From an uncultured Verrucomicrobiae bacterium (GTDB lineage: Bacteria > Verrucomicrobiota > Verrucomicrobiia > Palsa-1439): a DNA stretch of 64,000 nt. The translations under genes and the position numbers were made by a program. The DNA is taken from contig CAWEWF010000008.1 in the NCBI GenBank assembly GCA_963812605.1, forward strand, positions 96,001 to 160,000, written 5' to 3'. A model generated the notes under the pieces. The model searched no databases. It was not told where the DNA came from and was given only the letters and a program-made list of their open reading frames with translations. Positions 57,187-64,000 of the stretch are shown here, piece by piece. The number at the start of each line of letters is the position of its first letter. Positions within the stretch are counted from its first letter, which is position 1.

Positions 57187-57983
57187 ATTTCACTCTTAGA
57201 CGGGGGCTCAGCATCGCGGTCTTGATTACCGCAACGGTGGCAGTAGTCCTGTGGCGTCCGGCAACCGCGTATGCCAGCGGCTGGCTCTTGTTTACACTGA
57301 TGATCGCCCTGACCGTATTCAACGCGCGCAAGAAGCTGCCCTTCCTGCCGTTGATAAGTTCCGAGGCGTGGCTTCAGTTCCATATTTATGCCGGGTTGTT
57401 CTCGGCGGCGGTGTTTTTCGTCCACATCGGCTGGCGCGTGCCGCATGGCTGGTTCCAGGGCACGCTGACGGCGCTCTATGTTCTGGTGATGCTCAGCGGC
57501 ATCGTCGGGCTGGTGTGGTCGCGCACGTTCCCGAAACGGCTGACGACCCGTGGCGGGGAAGTGCTCTACGAACGGATTCCCGCGATTCGCCGCGCCCTGC
57601 AGGAACAGGCCGAGGCGCTGGCGCTGCCGCCAGTTGCCGAGGCGCGCTCGGTCATTCTCGTGGATTTCTATGCGGAGAATCTCGCGGGGTTTTTTGACGG
57701 CGCGCATAATTTCTGGCGCCACCTGCTGGAGTCCCGCGCTCCGCTCAACGAGTTGCTTGCCCGGACCGACAATCTCACCCGCTACCTCAACGACACCGAA
57801 CGTTCCACGATGGACAAAATCGCGGCGCTCGTGCGCCAGAAGGACGGGTTGGACTATCAGTATGCGTTGCAGGCAACTCTCAAAGGCTGGTTGTTCGTGC
57901 ATATTCCGCTGACATACAGTTTGCTCCTGGTTTCGGTCGTGCACATCGTGCTCGTGTACGCATTCTCCGGAGGCGCGCCGTGA
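57183..57983 (+). CDS. Polytopic membrane protein with conserved His (possible haem b-binding)
   Basis: Several TM helices; WLQFHIYAG...VH and WLFVHIPL...VH His pairs. Confidence 0.75.
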   Translation: MNFTLRRGLSIAVLITATVAVVLWRPATAYASGWLLFTLMIALTVFNARKKLPFLPLISSEAWLQFHIYAGLFSAAVFFVHIGWRVPHGWFQGTLTALYVLVMLSGIVGLVWSRTFPKRLTTRGGEVLYERIPAIRRALQEQAEALALPPVAEARSVILVDFYAENLAGFFDGAHNFWRHLLESRAPLNELLARTDNLTRYLNDTERSTMDKIAALVRQKDGLDYQYALQATLKGWLFVHIPLTYSLLLVSVVHIVLVYAFSGGAP

Positions 57984-59668
57984 GCGAACAGTTGCCGGCG
58001 CCTGAATTCGACGCTACGCAGTACGAACGTCCCAATTGCAGATGGATCTGCGGGCGGGCGGCGGAGGGCCATCCCTGCCGCATCGGGCCGGGGCCGCGCG
58101 GCGACTGCCGCGCCACGTCCGAATGCACGCCCGCGTTGCAGATCAAGCCGGGCGAAACCAAGGGCCGTTGGCGCTGTACCCGGCCCAAAAGCGCCGGCGG
58201 CCCGTGCTCCGAAGGACCTCTCCCCAATGGCGCTTGCAGCCATGTGATCCCGCCCTGCCAGCCGGTGCGCAGTCTGCGGGCCAAACGCGCTCTCGCCACC
58301 CTGTGGACGGTGGCTTTGACTCTCGGTGGTCTGCTCGTCGCGTTGTACGGCAATGCACGGTGGAATTTCATCACGCCCCGCGAACTTTCATCGCACCACA
58401 CTGGCGCCGCGTTTGAAAAATCGGTGAAACTCGCCCGCCGGGAAATAATTGCGCTGCCTGCCACACCGCCGCCCGCCGTGGTCCCGCAGGATGGGTTCAG
58501 GCGGCGTTGCTTGCCGAGCCGGGTCCGTTAGAGTGGGGGAAATTGTCAAGCGTCCCTGCGAAAACAATCACCCGGCTGGACCAGTCGTGTGAGCGCTGTC
58601 ACGCGTTGCACGAGTTTCACCAACCCAACGTCGGATGGAATTATTCGTGCTCCGCCTGCCACCGCGAACACGAGGGCGCCGGGCCGATGAAGGCGCCTGC
58701 GAACGCCGAGTGCTTGAGTTGTCACGGCAACGCCTCGGTGATGCAGGCATCGGTCGAAAAAGCCAGGACATTGCCGTCAGAAGCCTTTCACTATCACACG
58801 GTCGGAACCCGCGTCGCCTTCCAGACACCTCGGCCGCCGAGCGGGTACACCCAGGTGTTTCACTCGTTCGCAGATCATCCCGAATTTCAGGTGGTCGCGG
58901 AACATTTGCGCGATCCGGATACGCTGAAATTCAATCACCAAACACACTTGACCGGCAACATCCCGCTGCTCGATGGGCATAAGCTCGCGTGCGCCGATTG
59001 CCACAAACCGGACGCCACGGGCGCGTACATGCGGCCCGTCACCTACGAGGCCAACTCCCGGTCCTGCCACGCGTTGCAATTCGACGTGAACAACCCGGAG
59101 CTTCAACTTCCCCACGGAAATGCTGCCGCCGTCCGCGCCTTCCTGCGCAGTTTGCAGACCCAGTACGCCGACTTTGGCCGGCGCGTCAAAGGGATTACCC
59201 AGCAGCCGGCGCTGGAGGAATTCGTAGGACAGCAGATGGCCGCCCTTCACCAACAGGTACCGGACGGAGAAGAACTTGAACGCGAGGCCTATTTTAATAC
59301 GGCGCGCCAGGGTCCCGAATGGCCGGCCGCGCTACGCGGGCTGCGCCTATTGCCATGAGGTCAAACCAATGGGCGAGGGAACGCCTCTGGTCACGCCTCC
59401 GGTAATGCCCGACCGCTGGCTAACGGGCGGACGATTCGACCACGCCCGGCATGCCACGATGGCCTGCGCGACCTGCCACGACGCGCTGCACAGCCACGAA
59501 ACCGCCGACATCCTGCTGCCCTCCAAACAAGTATGCGCTTCCTGCCACAGTCCGCAGGGTGGCGCGTCCTCATCGTGTGCGAGTTGCCACAACTATCACA
59601 ATACACCGGTCACAGTGACGGATTTCGCGGGAACTTGGCGTACGGCGGACGCGCGCCCCGGAAAATGA
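57980..59668 (+). CDS. Membrane-anchored cytochrome c3-like multiheme protein (9 CxxCH + 1 degenerate) with N-terminal Cys-rich domain; frameshifts
   Basis: CAACH, CERCH, CSACH, CLSCH, CADCH, (SRSCH), CAYCH, CATCH, CASCH, CASCH; KFNH..H and RFDH..H motifs; TM at ~58300. Confidence 0.85.
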
Positions 59669-61242
59669 TCTGGTCAGAGCGCAGCGCGGCGGGTGGCGCG
59701 AAAAGCGCCGCGCCTGACGCGGCAATCAGATCGTCCTGATCGACACCGTCGCCGCTGACGCCGAGCGCCCCAATCAGTACGCCGTTGGTGTACAAGGGAA
59801 ATCCGCCGGGAAAAATGGTGATGCCGTTTGGCAGGTTCGCTTGAACCCCGGGCGGTATGGTGACGCCGTTTGGCAGGTTCGTTTGACCCCCGGGCGATAC
59901 CGTGAGCAGCGCGTTATTCAGCGGATTGGTGGTCCCCGCAGGAAACGCCGAGAAATATTCCTGCAATCCCAAAAATGGCCCGTTGGTTGTCTTGGTGATC
60001 CCCGGTGGGTACAAGCTCTGCGCGAGAAACCCGACTGCCCGTGTGGAGTAGGCGCGATTCGCAGGCAAGTTGGGAGGAAATAGTCCCGCCGCCAGCGGGC
60101 TTGAGAAGAATAGTGCCGTTCGCGCCTTCTGCACCGAGACATCCCAACTGAAGATGGTGGCCTCGCCCACTCGAAACGTTCCGAGGACCTGGGGCGCGAC
60201 ACCGTCGGCGTTGGGGTTATTGATGACGGAGATGAACACTCTGGCCGATTGTCCTCGCGGCAAGCGGATGCCAGCCCTCGTCGTCGCGGCCCGCTGGGCC
60301 GCCACCAAAAGCATGTTGGTGACATCGGTCGCAGTCAACCGAGGCTGTCCATTGATCAGGCCCGGTAACGGGTCATCGATGATCGGCGAACGCACCTCGC
60401 CCGCCACGCCCCCCAGAACCAGCGGCGGATATTGCACGGTCGGCGAATTGGTCAGGGGGAAACCAGGCACGTTGGCCCCGATGCTGCCCAGTGACGCGGG
60501 AGGACTTGTCTCGGTGTGGCTCCGCACATACGGCAACCGGATGCCATTGATCAGCACGTGCGTCGCCAGGATCTTGCGGTCTGGCTGGAACCCCAGTTGG
60601 CCCGACAAGGCAACGTCTTCGTTGGTCGAGGGCTGGGATACATCTTTCACGAGGCTTTCCATATTACTGGCCATCGACAGGTCGTTGGGCTGTGCCACGC
60701 CCACGCCGCCAATTAGATTGGTGCTGTTCCTGTAAAGCGGAACGCCGCCGGGAATGCCATCCAGGCCACCCAATAGTGCGCCGATCACCGGCCCGCCGTT
60801 GGTTCCGCCGTTTTGTCCCGGCACATAGCCCGCCCGGATCCTTGTAGCGGTTGACATCCGAGAAGAAAAGGCTGGAGAAATTGACGCCCACCAACGGGCC
60901 GGTCGGGGTGTTGCGAATTCCGGGTGGAAAATGTTGTTGCACGATCATCAGGGCCGTGCGCGTGGTGAAGGCTTCCTGGTCGCTGCTCAGGAATGCCGCA
61001 GTGCCCGCTCGCGCGATCGCCTCAGCCGTGAGGCCGGTGGCCGGGAGCGAACCGTCGACGCTCCAGACGCCAAGCACGAACCCTTCCCGATCCACAACGG
61101 CAATAACGCTGTCGGGAGCGACGACGCTTGCTCTCGTGACAGCCTGGGAGATGACCGTCGTAACGTCGTTGGAGGTCATTTGTGAAAATACGATGGCGGC
61201 AGAGCCCAGCAGGACGCCGAGAACAAGGGTGAGCATTTTCAC
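59610..61242 (-). CDS. Exported haem-binding protein with two GlcG/HbpS-like domains; frameshift ~60850
   Basis: IAVVDREG, PGGVPLY...GGVGV, QKARTA, PGGFPLY...GALGVSGDGVDQDD. Confidence 0.85.
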
Positions 61243-61353
61243 AGCACGGAATTCTTACGACGAAGATTCCGTTGGCGGCAAGCCTAAACCGTCGTCGGGG
61301 ACCAGTTACAGCTTGATTTTTCCCGGCGATTGCAACACCCTCCTCACCTTAGA

Positions 61354-63559
61354 ATGACTAGGCGAGGAGGCGTTCTCGGCGTTTCATTAGGTTTTGCGGT
61401 CATCGCATCAGGCGTGTTGGCAGAACAGGCCGATCCGGACCGCCTCAAACCGCATCAGATTGTCAGCCATGGAACTCCGCCCATTTCCCCTGTCGCCTTC
61501 AGCCCCGATCCTCAGGGACTTCCCATACTCCCGCAGCCGCTCGAGGCCGCGCCGCTCACCTTGGAGGTCACGAATACCGTCAGTTCCGGCGCGCCGCCAT
61601 TGCCCCCGTCGCAGTTCAATCCCGATCCGGGCGCTACCCAAGTCCAAACGCCCGCTCCTCCCCCTCCGTTCTTCAAGCCGGAGTTTAGGCTGGGGCCGCT
61701 CTATGGCGAGGAGCCGGTCCCGGGAGCGTTCGCGCTGCCACGCTTCAGGACCGAAATGAAGGAAATCGTCGAGGTTGAACCGCGCTCCCCGCCCGATCCG
61801 CGACGCGAGCCGTTACCCCCGGTGCTCCAGCTCCCGCGCACAGAGGTGCGCGCCAATGAACGAATTCCCAATAAATGGGAGGAACCGGAATACACGCGCC
61901 AGCGCGAGCCGTTCGAGATCCCGACCAATACCGTTCCCGTGATTGACCGCTGGAAAGTGCCGTTTACTCCATGGCAGCGCTATACGGATCGCCCTGCCGA
62001 GACGCCCTACCAGCAAGCAAAGACGGCGTTGTGGGATCCGTACCAGCAGAGCGTCCTCAAGGGTGATGCGCCTATCATCGGCCAGGATATTTTTTTGGAC
62101 CTCACCGCTGTTTCCGATACGCTCTTTCAGGCGAGACGGTTGCCCACTCCCAGCGGTGTCAGCGCCCAGTCACCCGGCAGCGCGGACTTTTTTGGCAACG
62201 GCGATGAAGTGTTCATGTCCCAGAACTTCTCGTTTACCGCCGATCTGTTCAAGGGCGAGACGGTCTTCCAGCCGGTCCACTGGATGATCCGACTTGAGCC
62301 CGTCTATAATATCAACTATCTCTCAACCCAGGAGCGTGGTGTGGTCAGTCCCAACCCCGTGGACGGCATCGACCGGCTCCGGGAATATTTCGCCCTGCAG
62401 CAGGTCTTCGCCGAACTGCACCTCGGCGATCTGTCGGACAATTACGATTTCATCGCTTGCCGTGCGGGCAATCAGCCCTTCATTAGCGATTTCCGCGGAT
62501 TCATCTTCGATGATGTCAATCTCGGCGCAAGAGTTTTTGGGAATGCAGATAATAACCGCTGGCAGTATAATGTGATCGTGTTGCCGATGCGCGAAAAAGA
62601 CACTGATTCCGGTCTCAATACATTTAACGACCGCGATCAGTATGTGTTCATTGCCAATGCCTACCGCCAGGACTTTTTCACCCCGGGGTACACCACCCAG
62701 TTTAGCTTCCACGCCAACATTGACGATGGCCGCATCCATTACGACAGCAACGGCAATATCGTCAGGCCCTCCCCGCTCGGCACCGTTGTTCAGCATAGAC
62801 GTCCACGCCTATTACCTGGGGTGGACAGGCGACGGTCACATCGGCCGTCTCAATATCACCCACGCATTCTACGAGGCACTCGGACGCGACGACTTCAACG
62901 GGTTGGCGGGCAGACCCGTCACCATCAACGCCCAAATGGCCGCCGCTGAACTGTCCTACGATCGCGATTGGATCCGTTATAAACTGTCCTTGTTTTATGC
63001 CTCCGGCGACCACAACGCAGAAAACGGCACCGCTACCGGCTTCGACGGCATTGTCGACAACCCGGCTTTTGCCGGCGCGCCGTTCAGTTATTGGATCAGC
63101 CAGGGAATCAACCTCGCCGGCACTTCCGTCGCGCTGAAACAACCCGACAGCCTCCTGCCTAATTTGCGCACGAGCAAGACGGAGGGCCAGGCCAACTTCG
63201 TGAACCCAGGCCTGCTCCTTGCCGGCGTTGGCACGGATGTGGATATAACCCCAAAACTGCGGGGGTTTTTCAACGTGAATTATCTCCGGTTCGCCGATAC
63301 CGACGCGATCAAGACCGCGCTTCTGACCGACAAGGTCGATGGTGAAATCGGTTTCGATTGCAGTATCGGCGTGCGTTATCGGCCCCTGCTTACGGACAAT
63401 ATCGTCATTACCGCCGGCTTTGGCGTTCTTTTACCCGGCAGTGGATTTCGGGATATTTACGGGCGCGGCCCCATTCCCACGTCCAGCGGCGGGAGCCGCA
63501 ACGGCCAAACGGATGATTTCTTATACAGCGGTTTGGTGAAACTCACGTTCACCTATTAG
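61354..63559 (+). CDS. Putative outer-membrane beta-barrel protein with Pro-rich N-terminus; frameshift ~62795
   Basis: Signal peptide; amphipathic beta-strand pattern; ends LVKLTFTY. Confidence 0.7.
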
Positions 63560-63562
63560 CCC

Positions 63563-64000
63563 ATGAACAAAAGTATACGCGCGGTTCTGTGTGGGACGGC
63601 CTTCGTGGTTGCCGCCACGCACGCCGTCTATGCTCAAAATGATGGATTCGGACCGCCCATCGCGGTATCGCGGGATCAACCCCCGCCCGTGACCAAACCG
63701 CATAATTGGATCGACCAGACTCCCCAAGAGGCAATGGCCAAGAGCCGCGGTTGCCTCGAATGCCACAAGGGCATCGAGGAGATGCACGCCTCGCCCTATG
63801 TGGTCCTCGGGTGCACCGATTGTCACGGAGGCAATGCCACCCCGGGCCTGACGATGCGCAAAGCCCACGTCCCCCCCAGCAATCCGATCTTCTGGCAGTC
63901 TTCGGCAAAACCCGTTATGTCCGACGTATTGCTCAATCATGAGACGAAGGAGTTCATCCAGTTCGTCAACCCCGCCGACCTGCGCGTCGCCCAGCAGGCT
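63563..64000 (+). CDS. Exported multiheme cytochrome c, partial (runs off window)
   Basis: MNKSIRAVLCGTAFVVAATHAVYA signal; GCLECH, GCTDCH; FVNPADLRVA. Confidence 0.85.
   Translation, partial: MNKSIRAVLCGTAFVVAATHAVYAQNDGFGPPIAVSRDQPPPVTKPHNWIDQTPQEAMAKSRGCLECHKGIEEMHASPYVVLGCTDCHGGNATPGLTMRKAHVPPSNPIFWQSSAKPVMSDVLLNHETKEFIQFVNPADLRVAQQA

Overview
GC-rich bacterial window, most consistent with a Verrucomicrobiota genome (RFYR-type C-terminal domains, 'DGG..YGH' integrase tail). Roughly 25 single-base indels, mostly in short homopolymers, split otherwise intact genes; I read these as long-read errors and have re-joined the genes. Contents in order: a GH20-like hydrolase; a ~2,800-aa Ig-repeat surface protein; a decayed mobile element (PD-(D/E)XK nuclease, SRAP and primase-helicase remnants, truncated IS630); then two paralogous ~15-17 kb units, each with beta-helix/PKD surface-protein genes transcribed divergently from a TpsA (FHA-like) - exported TPR-CHAT caspase-like protease - CHASE2 adenylyl cyclase - DUF928 operon. 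The two units are separated by a tRNA-Arg(CCG)-anchored mini-island carrying a cyclase-DUF6600 fusion and DUF2950. They are followed by one TpsB, an HD phosphohydrolase, and a redox cluster (FNR-2Fe-2S, tandem cNMP-binding/4Fe-4S protein, membrane protein, three multiheme cytochromes, GlcG/HbpS haem-binding protein, beta-barrel). Best candidate for an undescribed system: an extracytoplasmic TPS/caspase-like proteolytic relay that controls cAMP synthesis, with a local candidate phosphodiesterase and a cNMP-gated multiheme electron-transfer chain as possible output. Domain calls come from motif recognition by eye, not database searches.
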